The notes below the pieces were generated by a model, which ran no database searches, was not told the DNA's origin, and saw only the letters and a list, made by a program, of their open reading frames with translations. From a virus, in IMG/VR virus record IMGVR_UViG_3300039106_000244, positions 53,016-117,015 of that record: a stretch of DNA of 64,000 nt. One strand, 5' to 3'. Made by a program: the position numbers and the translations under genes. Of the stretch, positions 28,629-37,379 are shown piece after piece. Numbering within the stretch: the stretch's first letter is position 1; each line of letters opens with the position of its first letter.

Positions 28629-29192
28629 ATATCTCTCAGACACCAAGTCATTCTCATAGAAACAAATTCCAACTCCGTAGTAAAGTAGTAAATGTTTTAA
28701 CAGCCCTATTGCAGATTAAGTTCTGTATTCAGAGGAGATCTCGGTCGCATAATGGCCCCGAGTGGAACGTGTAGACTAGACTACACACTGAATGGCGAAT
28801 TGGTATTGTGCTATAAAAAGCGAATCAACAATATAAAAATTAGGTGTAAAAACCAAATGATTTGGGCACTGTGAAAAAGATACAACCCATATGATGACAT
28901 AGTTTGGCTAACTACGGATTATGCATCAACCGTCGTAATAAAGCAAGAGTAGGGAGTACAGGGCGACCGCTTCCGTGTAAATGAATATAATCTCTTTTAG
29001 TTAGTGTGATGAAGCACTCGGATGAAGTGATCTGTTACATTTTACCTCGGATAGGTAAAGTGTGACTATAATCTGGATGAAGCAGTTCTAAAGTCAAAAG
29101 CGAAACAGTAATATTAAAGTAATTTAAATTAATTAGATTAGAAAAAAAAGCATTGAGCGACAGCGAAATGCAGATGTCGTTAGACATCTTTT
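28629..29192 (+). ncRNA. Candidate large structured non-coding RNA of unknown class
   Basis: About 620 nt with no ORF of 60 aa or more in a gene-dense genome; own promoter; many stems with G-U pairs, a long-range closing helix and a possible pseudoknot; terminal hairpin AGATGTC-GTTA-GACATCT followed by Ts. Confidence 0.55.
29142..29192. terminator. Tandem hairpins, possible bidirectional terminator
   Basis: A8 tract, then GCATT..AATGC hairpin (29150-29171) and perfect AGATGTC/GACATCT hairpin (29172-29189) followed by T run; lies between convergent transcription units. Confidence 0.45.
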
Positions 29193-29222
29193 AAGGATAA
29201 GATACAATATAGTCTTTTGCTC

Positions 29223-30023
29223 TTATAATGACTTTGATAACTTAGCTAATTTCTTACGTAATTTAGATTCTTGTATAGCTTTTATATGTGCTGCTGACTT
29301 TGGTTTACGCATCTTTTGTTTTGTTTCTTCTGACTTTGGTTTACGCATCTTTTGTTTTGTTTCTTCTGACATAGCACCTTTACTAACTCCTTTATTTGCT
29401 AAACTTAATTTAGCCTTATGTTCAGTAGATTTTGCAGTTGTTCCTTTACCACTACGATTAGCTGATATTTTAGTTGCAATAACTAATTTTTCTTCTAAAG
29501 TTTTTTCCTTCCTATTAAGTTGTGCAATACTCATACGTTCTTTCTGTTCCGCTGTTCTTTTTTTGCCTATACAAGATGTACTACGTTTATCTATAGTTTC
29601 TTGCGAATGTACTCTTCCTTTTCCTGCTGTAGATATTTTAGCTTTCTGTTCCGCTGACATAGTGCGACCTGTAAGTCTAGCAGAATGTATTTTACTAAAT
29701 TCTTCTTTAAGATTGGCAAATACACGACTGGTAATTTTAGTAATATATCGTTCTTGTTGATGAGTGCGTGATACACGTCGCATACCATTTAATGCATATA
29801 TCATTTTTTCACGATTGCTACCTGTTGTTATTTTAATCAACAACCAGTGACATATAAAATGCTCGCGCCCTGACAAATGAACAAGATTATTCTTGCTATC
29901 TTGTCCTCCGATTGATTTTGGTATGATGTGATGTTTTTCACTGTAAGAAAGCGGGGTTGATCTCAATTGCGCATTACTGACAATTGCATCATACCACCGC
30001 TTGTATTTGTTTTCGATAAACAT
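29223..30023 (-). CDS. Free-standing HNH homing endonuclease with NUMOD3 DNA-binding repeats
   Basis: EKHHIIPKSIGGQDSKNNLVHLSGREHFICHWLL (HNH); repeated (H)S-x-E-x-K-x-K-[IM]-S NUMOD3-like motifs. Confidence 0.85.
   Translation of the reverse strand: MFIENKYKRWYDAIVSNAQLRSTPLSYSEKHHIIPKSIGGQDSKNNLVHLSGREHFICHWLLIKITTGSNREKMIYALNGMRRVSRTHQQERYITKITSRVFANLKEEFSKIHSARLTGRTMSAEQKAKISTAGKGRVHSQETIDKRSTSCIGKKRTAEQKERMSIAQLNRKEKTLEEKLVIATKISANRSGKGTTAKSTEHKAKLSLANKGVSKGAMSEETKQKMRKPKSEETKQKMRKPKSAAHIKAIQESKLRKKLAKLSKSL
29294..29370. repeat. Perfect 36-bp tandem duplication (2.1 copies) in the HNH gene
   Basis: ctgactttggtttacgcatcttttgttttgtttctt x2, encoding SEETKQKMRKPK twice. Confidence 0.9.
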
Positions 30024-30081
30024 ATAAATCTCCTATATGTTTATTTATCTGCTTTACTTAAAAATGTGGATTACTTATGTT

Positions 30082-30318
30082 TTAGAAAAACGGGAGGCCA
30101 CTTTTTTTGGTCGTTTCCATGTTCTCTTTAATTATTTTTGATACTAATTCTCGTTCTTGCTGACTTAACATCATTGCATCTTCGTAACTTATTCCTCCTC
30201 GCATATACCAGGAAATTCGCAACGCATCATCTTTATAGGCCCTTATCTCTTTTTCGTAGCCTGCTAATAGCTCTACGATTGCATCGTTATCTAGTGCTAA
30301 GAGCCTACTGCGAAAAAA
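30082..30318 (-). CDS. gp51-like baseplate/tail assembly ORF, probably the -1 frameshift extension of the gp26-like gene
   Basis: Not in the ORF track. FFRSRLLALDNDAIVELLAGYEKEIRAYKDDALRISWYMRGGISYEDAMMLSQQERELVSKIIKENMETTKKSGLPFF*; frame opens just before the T TTT TTC heptamer and has no start codon in its 5' part. Confidence 0.65.
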   Translation of the reverse strand, partial: FFRSRLLALDNDAIVELLAGYEKEIRAYKDDALRISWYMRGGISYEDAMMLSQQERELVSKIIKENMETTKKSGLPFF

Positions 30319-31160
30319 CTTGCAAAATCAAATTCAACAGCTACGCTAAATTCTGCTTCACAACTATGACAACTAACTTCGATTGGTTTAATACCGCCTT
30401 GCTTGCCTAATTCTGTTAATTTAGCTTTAACTTTTTTAATTACTTTAGAATCACAATTACTATAAAATTCATTAATAAAAGCATCATCGGATACAATAGT
30501 ACCATCGGGTAATTCTATATAATCAGTGCTACCGGTTAACAATGCTACATTTAAATCAATGATTTTAGTTAATTGTTGATCAAATATTTTTTTAGCTTCG
30601 TCTGGATTATCATTTAACTGACTTAATGTTTTCATTATTTGCTGTTCTTCAAAAGCAATCATATTTGATTTATTAACATTGAAATATGCTTGTGGTTTAA
30701 GTTTGATATTTAAATTATCAACTGAGACTTTTTGTGTATAAACAGGAGATTCGATATTGCTTAATACAACTCCTAAGTCGATTGCATAATCACTTGTTTC
30801 ACTGCACTTTGGACAAGTTGCACCAAAGTCCATTTGATTGCCATAACTTGCGATACGTATTGCAATAATTGCAGAATCAACATCAATACTAGGCATCATC
30901 CATGCATTCTTAATACTTGGGCAACAACTTTCAATTACATTAACAACACCTTGCCCGTTGAGCAGTGCATCGGGAGTTTTAAGAGTAATTTCATCTTTAG
31001 TACTCATTGGCAACACAGCAATTTCATTGTTTAACGGTAAGTCAATTGAACCTTCAGGCCAATGCGTACCACCACTTGGCAGTTTTAAATATAACGCTGG
31101 TTGACGAAAGTGCTTTGCTAACGGATTGTGCGGTGTAATTGGTTGAGTTTGATTCACCAT
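30297..31160 (-). CDS. Baseplate hub / tail assembly chaperone, T4 gp26-like
   Basis: LYLKLPSGG, MSTKDEITLKTP, DVDSAIIAIRIASYG, two CxxC pairs, C-terminal FF; divergent from the tape-measure-like gene. Confidence 0.75.
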   Translation of the reverse strand: MVNQTQPITPHNPLAKHFRQPALYLKLPSGGTHWPEGSIDLPLNNEIAVLPMSTKDEITLKTPDALLNGQGVVNVIESCCPSIKNAWMMPSIDVDSAIIAIRIASYGNQMDFGATCPKCSETSDYAIDLGVVLSNIESPVYTQKVSVDNLNIKLKPQAYFNVNKSNMIAFEEQQIMKTLSQLNDNPDEAKKIFDQQLTKIIDLNVALLTGSTDYIELPDGTIVSDDAFINEFYSNCDSKVIKKVKAKLTELGKQGGIKPIEVSCHSCEAEFSVAVEFDFASFFAVGS

Positions 31161-31171
31161 GATTTATTTCC

Positions 31172-31206
31172 TATAAATAATTGATATACTATATTGTATA
31201 TTTATA
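31172..31206. promoter_or_regulatory. Two opposing T4-type late promoters
   Basis: TATAAATA on + at 31172-31179 and on - at 31199-31206, between divergent genes. Confidence 0.7.
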
Positions 31207-31215
31207 GCGTTAAAA

Positions 31216-33753
31216 GTGGGAGTAAAAAAAGTTATGGCTGATGTTGATGCAGATAAGTTAAACGAAGCATATGAACATATGAGAAAATTCGCCGATATGT
31301 TTGGTGCGACTACCCCTGAGCTAGATAAATTTATTAAAGTTACAAGTAAAGGGCATAAAGAATTTAAAAAGGAAATTGATGCTCTTAATAAAGAAATTAA
31401 GAAAGGCAAAGCTGGCTACGAACAGCAGAAACAAAAATTAGATGAATTAAACGATGCTCTCGAAGAGTTAGGTGATACTACCAATAACGCTGCAAAAACA
31501 ACTGAAAAACACCGATTATTAGCTGAACGTGATGCACTTGCACATTCTGCATTAATGCGTGGTGTAATGGAAGATACAGCCGAAGGAGTGAGCAACTCAG
31601 CAGTATCGATGACACAAGGTGCCGGTGCATTTGTTAAAGGTCTGCAGGCAAATCAATCAGCGGCACAATTGTCTGGCGATTTATTTAAAGTAGGTATCGA
31701 CGTTGCGGCTGCAGGTATGAAAACTGCTGGCGGTATGGCTGAAAAATTCGGCGACAAAATGATGAATTCTGCTAACCCGTTTGTTGCTGCTATAGGTATG
31801 GTTACAAGTGGTGTAGGCATGCTTGCTCAAGCATCTGCAGAAACTGCCGCCAAGATAGCTAAATTTGGGGTTGATGTACTACAAGCAGAAGTAGAAAAAA
31901 CATACAAAGCATTTAATTCAATGAGTGCTAGTGGTGCTATGTTTGCAGATGGCATGACTGGCATGCGTAATGCCGCAGGCAAAGCAGGGCTAACAGTTGA
32001 TTTATTTGCTGGTGTATTAAAAAATCAAAGTGCAAACATAGCTGCAAGTGGTTTAGGCATGAATGAAGGTGCTAAACGTATCGGCGGAGCATTAACAGCT
32101 GGTGGCGACAAAATGAAAAAGAGTTTGTTGTCACTTGGATTTAGTTTTGAGGAACAGGCAGAATTAGTAGCCGAAACAATGAAAGACATGCGTGGGGTTT
32201 CAACTGGCCCGCTAAAAGCAAGTAATCAACAAGTAGCAGAACAAACTCAAAAATATGCAGAAAATCTTCGTGTTATTACCGCTATAACCGGTGAAGATGC
32301 TAAGAAGAAAATGGAAGAAACCCGTAATCAAGCTAATCAGTTAATGTTCCAGCAAAAATTAGCAGGCATGGATGAAACTCAACGTAAAAATATTATCAAT
32401 GCTATGGGTAATATGAGTAAACAACAGCAGACAGATTACATGGATATGATAAATTTTGGTTCGATTATCAATACCACTGGTGCTGTATTATCATCAACTA
32501 TACCCGAGTATGGAAAATCTATTAGAGATTCGGTTGAGGCCACTAAAAATAATACACTCGATGATGTAAAACAACGCCAAATAAATGCAGCACATCATGA
32601 TGCAATGAATAGACAATTAATTGCAAATACAGGCACCGCTGCTGCAGGTGCTGCAGGGTTAAGCGGTGTAGCCAGTGAAAACGCAACTGCAAGCATGGAT
32701 CTTTTAAATTTTAATAAAACCCAAACTGCCGAAGCTATAAAACAAGCCGAAGCCGATAGAGCAGCACAAGAAAAAACAGCAGATGGATTAACTCAAGGTG
32801 TAGTAGATGCAGAAACTGCAGCTATGGAATTAAAAAAATCTCTTCAGACAATATTAACTCCGGCAATTATGGATTTTGCTAATGTTTCTAAAAAAATGTT
32901 ACAAACTGTTAAGGATACCTTGCACGAACTAGGGTATGATAAAACTAAAGAGCAAAAAGCTAAAGATGCCGACAATACCAAAGCAATGAAAGCGCAATAC
33001 GATAAAACTAATCCGTTAAATTCTAGTGCTCAATATGATGCTGACGTAAAAGCCTGGAATGACAAACAAAAAGATATTAACAATCTAAATGAGTTACGAA
33101 AGACTGGGACTAAAGAAGAAGTAGATGCAGAAATAAAACGCCAAGCAGATGCGAAAAAAGGCCAACAAATGTTATACGATGCCGGCCTGAGTCAAATTGA
33201 CCCAAGCAAACCAAGTATAGTAGAAAACTATATGAACGGTATAACTGCCCACGATAAGGGTGGTTCTATCGATTCTGGTAAATTAGGGTTAGTAGGCGAA
33301 AAAGGTCCAGAACTTATCAGTGGGCCTGCAAATGTATTAAGTACAACATCATCTGAAAAACTACTTAATGTACTTAATGCTATGAAACTGCAATCTGGTA
33401 CGTTAACCGGTGATGATGGCATGGACAAATCTGTTACATCATCAGAAGCCCTGCGTGGAATAATAGCAAATGAATTAAAAGGATTTGAATCATTCTCACA
33501 AAAACAAATACAAGATGCAATAGGTATTACTAAAGTAGGTAATATGTCAAGTTCATTAGGCGGTTACCAATCAGATTTACATAATACTCCAGCAACTGAA
33601 CAGTCACGTGATACTACAGCACTTCCTAGTAAATCAGATAATAGTGCAATAGCTGCTACGTTACATGAGCAAAATGGATTATTGTCGAGCATACTTGCAT
33701 CACTGAATAAAGGCAATAGTTTGTCGTCAGGAATTTTGCAGAACAGCTACTAA
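31216..33753 (+). CDS. Tape-measure-like protein (start may be ATG at 31234)
   Basis: 845 aa Ala/Gly/Lys/Met-rich helical protein; GKLGLVGEKGPELI motif typical of tape-measure C-termini; beside the tail chaperone. Confidence 0.65.
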   Translation: MGVKKVMADVDADKLNEAYEHMRKFADMFGATTPELDKFIKVTSKGHKEFKKEIDALNKEIKKGKAGYEQQKQKLDELNDALEELGDTTNNAAKTTEKHRLLAERDALAHSALMRGVMEDTAEGVSNSAVSMTQGAGAFVKGLQANQSAAQLSGDLFKVGIDVAAAGMKTAGGMAEKFGDKMMNSANPFVAAIGMVTSGVGMLAQASAETAAKIAKFGVDVLQAEVEKTYKAFNSMSASGAMFADGMTGMRNAAGKAGLTVDLFAGVLKNQSANIAASGLGMNEGAKRIGGALTAGGDKMKKSLLSLGFSFEEQAELVAETMKDMRGVSTGPLKASNQQVAEQTQKYAENLRVITAITGEDAKKKMEETRNQANQLMFQQKLAGMDETQRKNIINAMGNMSKQQQTDYMDMINFGSIINTTGAVLSSTIPEYGKSIRDSVEATKNNTLDDVKQRQINAAHHDAMNRQLIANTGTAAAGAAGLSGVASENATASMDLLNFNKTQTAEAIKQAEADRAAQEKTADGLTQGVVDAETAAMELKKSLQTILTPAIMDFANVSKKMLQTVKDTLHELGYDKTKEQKAKDADNTKAMKAQYDKTNPLNSSAQYDADVKAWNDKQKDINNLNELRKTGTKEEVDAEIKRQADAKKGQQMLYDAGLSQIDPSKPSIVENYMNGITAHDKGGSIDSGKLGLVGEKGPELISGPANVLSTTSSEKLLNVLNAMKLQSGTLTGDDGMDKSVTSSEALRGIIANELKGFESFSQKQIQDAIGITKVGNMSSSLGGYQSDLHNTPATEQSRDTTALPSKSDNSAIAATLHEQNGLLSSILASLNKGNSLSSGILQNSY

Positions 33754-33755
33754 GC

Positions 33756-33763
33756 TATAAATA
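33756..33763 (+). promoter_or_regulatory. T4-type late promoter for portal/head operon
   Basis: Exact TATAAATA upstream of the portal gene. Confidence 0.7.
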
Positions 33764-33787
33764 CACTATCGTAAAGAGAATATAAAC

Positions 33788-35497
33788 ATGGCATGGAAAA
33801 AATACTTCAGAACCGCAAATACTGGTGGACAACTAAGTCCAATTAGTGGAATTAACAATGCATCTGACCCGAGTTATCGTAACTATCAAAGCCAATTACC
33901 TGAGGTATACATCGGCCATCCAAATCGCACAGAACGTTATAATCAATATGAATCCATGGATATGGACAGTGAAGTTAATGCCGCCCTTGATATTATTGCA
34001 GAATTTTGCACACAACCAAACACAGAAAATGGTACAGGCTTTGACTTATATTTTAAAGAAGACCCAACAGATAACGAAATTAAACTACTTAAAGATCAAT
34101 TGCTACAATGGGTTAATTTAAATCAATTAAACAAACGTCTATTCAAACTTGTTCGTAATACATTAAAGTATGGCGACCAAGTATTTCTACGTGACCCGGA
34201 AACATTTAAATTATACTGGACAGAAATGGGCAGTGTAATCAAAGTTATTGTTAATGAAGCAGAAGGCAAAGAGCCAGAACAATATGTAATTAAAAATCTT
34301 AATCTTAACTTTCAAAACTTAACTGCAACAGCATTAAGCTCAAGCGACACTTATACAAACCATCCACAACAAGGTGGGTCAGGCGGGTCGGGTTCGTATG
34401 TACAACCTAATGTACCATACAGTGGTGGTTCACGTTTTAGCCATGCACAAAACGAAGCAGTACTTGATGCAGAACATGTAGTGCATATTAGTTTAACTGA
34501 AGGCTTAGATGTTAACTGGCCATTTGGTACAAGTATCCTTGAAAGTATCTTTAAGATCTTTAAACAAAAAGAATTATTAGAAGATGCTATTATTATCTAT
34601 CGTGTACAACGTGCTCCTGAACGTCGTATATTTAAAATCGATGTAGGTAATATGCCAACACATATGGCAATGGCCTTTGTGGATAGAATTAAAAATGAAG
34701 TACATCAACGTCGCATACCAACACAAACTGGTGGTGGACAAAATATGATGGATGCAACGTATAATCCACTATCAACAAACGAAGACTTTTTCTTCCCAGT
34801 GGGTGCCGAAGGGCGTGGCTCAACAGTTGAAGCATTACCAGGCGGCAGCAACTTAGGTGAGATTACCGACTTACGTTTCTTTACTAACAAAATGTTTAGA
34901 GGTTTGCGTATTCCTAGTAGTTATTTGCCAACAGGCGCAGATGATAGCTCATCTACATTCAATGATGGACGTAGTACAACTGCGTTAATTCAAGAATGGC
35001 GCTTTAATCAATATTGTATGCGTTTACAAACTATGATAGTTGAAAAACTAGATACAGAGTTTAAAATGTTTATGCGATGGAGAGGCATTAACATCGATGG
35101 ACAGTTATTTGAATTAAGACTAAACGAACCGCAAAACTTTGCAAAATATCGTCAAGCAGAAGTTGATGCGCAACGTATACAAGCATTTACTCAACTTGAG
35201 CAAATTCCATATTTAAGTAAACGTTTCTTACTCACTCGTTACTTAGATTTAAGTGAAGAAGAAATGCAAGAAAATGATCAATTGTGGGCAGAAGAGCACA
35301 ACGACACACCAGATACTACAGATACAGATGCAAGTCTACGTGCAGTTGGTGTAACGCCAGCTGGTATTGAAACAGACATAGGTAATTTAGAAATGCCCGA
35401 ATTAGGTGCAGAAACAGCCCCGGGCGTAGAACCAGGCGGATTACCTGCAACAGGAGCCGCACCAGCAGCACCAGCTGGCGCACCTCCAGGTTTATAA
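33788..35497 (+). CDS. Portal vertex protein, T4 gp20-like
   Basis: LLEDAIIIYRVQRAPERRIFKIDVGNMP, EDFFFP...GRGSTVEALPGGSNLGEITDLRFF...LRIPSS. Confidence 0.95.
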   Translation: MAWKKYFRTANTGGQLSPISGINNASDPSYRNYQSQLPEVYIGHPNRTERYNQYESMDMDSEVNAALDIIAEFCTQPNTENGTGFDLYFKEDPTDNEIKLLKDQLLQWVNLNQLNKRLFKLVRNTLKYGDQVFLRDPETFKLYWTEMGSVIKVIVNEAEGKEPEQYVIKNLNLNFQNLTATALSSSDTYTNHPQQGGSGGSGSYVQPNVPYSGGSRFSHAQNEAVLDAEHVVHISLTEGLDVNWPFGTSILESIFKIFKQKELLEDAIIIYRVQRAPERRIFKIDVGNMPTHMAMAFVDRIKNEVHQRRIPTQTGGGQNMMDATYNPLSTNEDFFFPVGAEGRGSTVEALPGGSNLGEITDLRFFTNKMFRGLRIPSSYLPTGADDSSSTFNDGRSTTALIQEWRFNQYCMRLQTMIVEKLDTEFKMFMRWRGINIDGQLFELRLNEPQNFAKYRQAEVDAQRIQAFTQLEQIPYLSKRFLLTRYLDLSEEEMQENDQLWAEEHNDTPDTTDTDASLRAVGVTPAGIETDIGNLEMPELGAETAPGVEPGGLPATGAAPAAPAGAPPGL

Positions 35498-35517
35498 CAT
35501 AGTAGATAAATAATATT

Positions 35518-35742
35518 ATGTATATAACCGAAATATTTAATGCCGAATTAGTGCAACAGCACCAAACTGAAGAGGAAGATAATACTCCTCTAAAGTTGTC
35601 TGACCTGCGCAAAACTAAATTAACATTAACACAATTACATCGTTTACGTATTATGAATGATGTGCGTAGATTAGAGAAAGAGCAAGACTTAGAAAAAGTA
35701 AGATCGCAATACAAACCGGCAGAAGTTGCGCCACCAATGTAA
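35518..35742 (+). CDS. Small head-module hypothetical protein
   Basis: 74-aa ORF between portal and core genes; ATAAATA 5 nt upstream of ATG. Confidence 0.65.
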   Translation: MYITEIFNAELVQQHQTEEEDNTPLKLSDLRKTKLTLTQLHRLRIMNDVRRLEKEQDLEKVRSQYKPAEVAPPM

Positions 35743-35868
35743 TTATCAATCAAATTCAATCAAAAAACACGCATTTAACTTCAATTTTTCAATAAAACAG
35801 TAAATAATATTACAGAGATATTACGAATTGTTATATCTCACCTAGACATACCATTTAAGGAGTTCTTT

Positions 35869-36714
35869 ATGAACAAGTATGAACAATTAATTGAACACAT
35901 CATTAATGATGATACAGCTAAGGCTCGCGCATTATTCCACAACATTGTTGTTGAAAAATCACGTGACATCTACGAAAGCCTAATCGACGAATCGGACTTT
36001 GAAGAAGAAGTTGGCGGAAATAAAGTTAAAGGTTTTATGGACGAAGTACAAGTTGATGAGCAAGGTATTAGCGAAGAAGACGAAGAAGCTGGCGAATTTG
36101 AAATTGGCGATGACGATGAAGAAGGCGATAGCGACTTTGACGGCGGCGAAGAATTTGGCGGTGAAGAAGAATTTGGCGGCGAAGAACAAGGCGAAGCAGA
36201 AATTGAAGATCGCGTAGTTGATCTTGAAACTGCACTTGATGAATTAAAAGCAGAATTCGATGCATTAATGGCAGGCGAAGAAGGCGAAGAAGAACATGCA
36301 GATATGTTCGGTGGCGATGATGATTTTGGTGGCGAAGAAGAAACTAGTGAATTCAGTGATGATGGCGCTAGCGAATTTGACGAAACTATTGTACGTGAAT
36401 ACGTAGAAAAAGTTGCAGCACCAAGCAAAACTGAAGGCGGCGAAGTTGCTCGTGGCGGTTCTGTTAGTGTAAACAAACAATCTATCGTTGCTAAGAAAAA
36501 TGATATGGGCGGTTCATCAGCTAATATCGTACGTGGCGGAACAGAAAACGGTGGCAATGTTAAAAAACCAACAGTAAATAACTTAGGTAACATTAATGTT
36601 CCAGGCGGTAAAGCAGGTTCAGCATTTAAAGGTAAAGCATCACCAAAAGCTGGCGAAGGCCAAACAACTGATGGTAAAGTACCAACAAATACTAAAAGCC
36701 CGTTAGCAAAATAA
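35869..36714 (+). CDS. Acidic prohead core protein (gp67-like), putative
   Basis: Very Glu/Asp-rich centre with EEFGG repeats, basic C-terminus, SD AAGGAG, position before the protease. Confidence 0.6.
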   Translation: MNKYEQLIEHIINDDTAKARALFHNIVVEKSRDIYESLIDESDFEEEVGGNKVKGFMDEVQVDEQGISEEDEEAGEFEIGDDDEEGDSDFDGGEEFGGEEEFGGEEQGEAEIEDRVVDLETALDELKAEFDALMAGEEGEEEHADMFGGDDDFGGEEETSEFSDDGASEFDETIVREYVEKVAAPSKTEGGEVARGGSVSVNKQSIVAKKNDMGGSSANIVRGGTENGGNVKKPTVNNLGNINVPGGKAGSAFKGKASPKAGEGQTTDGKVPTNTKSPLAK

Positions 36715-36728
36715 TTTAGGATAAGAAA

Positions 36729-37370
36729 ATGGCTTCATACTTAAAAGAAAACTTAACCTTTGACAATGCTAGAATGGAAATTCTAACAGAAGAAAGTCAT
36801 GACGGTAAAGGTAAGAATCTTTATATGAAAGGCATATTCATTCAAGGTGGCGTTAAAAACCACAACGAACGAGTGTATCCAGTAAATGAAATTGAAAAAG
36901 CTGTATCAAATGTTAATGAACAAATCAAGGGTGGCTATAGCGTCTTAGGCGAAGTAGATCACCCAGATGATTTGAAAATTAACTTAGACCGTGTAAGTCA
37001 TATGATTACAGATATGTGGATGGACGGTCCAAACGGCTTCGGTAAATTAAAGGTTCTCCCAACTCCAATGGGTAAGTTAGTAGAAACAATGTTGGAAAGT
37101 GGAGTTAAACTTGGTGTTAGTTCTAGAGGTAGCGGCAACGTTAGCGAAAGTAACGGTCAAGTAAGTGACTTTGAAATAGTCACAGTAGATGTAGTTGCGC
37201 AACCTAGTGCTCCTAATGCATACCCAACAGCGATTTACGAAGGACTGATGAATATGCGTGGTGGTGCTAAGGCATTCGAAATTGCTCGTGAAGCAAGCGC
37301 AGATCAAAAGGTACAAAAGTATTTAAAAGAGCAAGTCACTCGCTTAATTAAAGATTTAAAATTAAAATAG
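36729..37370 (+). CDS. Prohead protease, T4 gp21-like
   Basis: GIFIQGGVKNHNERVYP, LGEVDHP, LDRVSH, LGVSSRGSG, DVVAQPSAPNAY. Confidence 0.95.
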   Translation: MASYLKENLTFDNARMEILTEESHDGKGKNLYMKGIFIQGGVKNHNERVYPVNEIEKAVSNVNEQIKGGYSVLGEVDHPDDLKINLDRVSHMITDMWMDGPNGFGKLKVLPTPMGKLVETMLESGVKLGVSSRGSGNVSESNGQVSDFEIVTVDVVAQPSAPNAYPTAIYEGLMNMRGGAKAFEIAREASADQKVQKYLKEQVTRLIKDLKLK

Positions 37371-37379
37371 GAGATCAGT

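Noticed and set aside
28730-28762. RNase P RNA or hammerhead ribozyme
   Set aside because: GAGGAGATCTC only loosely resembles GAGGAAAGTCC and no matching 3' conserved block was seen; the GATGAAG repeats lack the CUGAUGA...GAAA core.
29294-29370. CRISPR array (36-bp repeat)
   Set aside because: Head-to-tail copies with no spacers, encoding a NUMOD3 peptide repeat.
28598-30023. Group I intron or HEARO/OMEGA RNA-guided system built from the structured region plus HNH gene
   Set aside because: No interrupted host gene flanks it, the HNH protein shows no RuvC or PLMP motifs, and it is convergent with the RNA's promoter.
36130-36345. GAAGAATTTGGCGG-type short DNA repeats
   Set aside because: Explained by EEFGG low-complexity coding in the acidic core protein.
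35970-36593. Antisense ORFs in the track (for example 207 aa here, 5890-6492, 48265-48897, 55885-56442)
   Set aside because: Shadows of real genes on the opposite strand; low-complexity translations with no SD or motifs.
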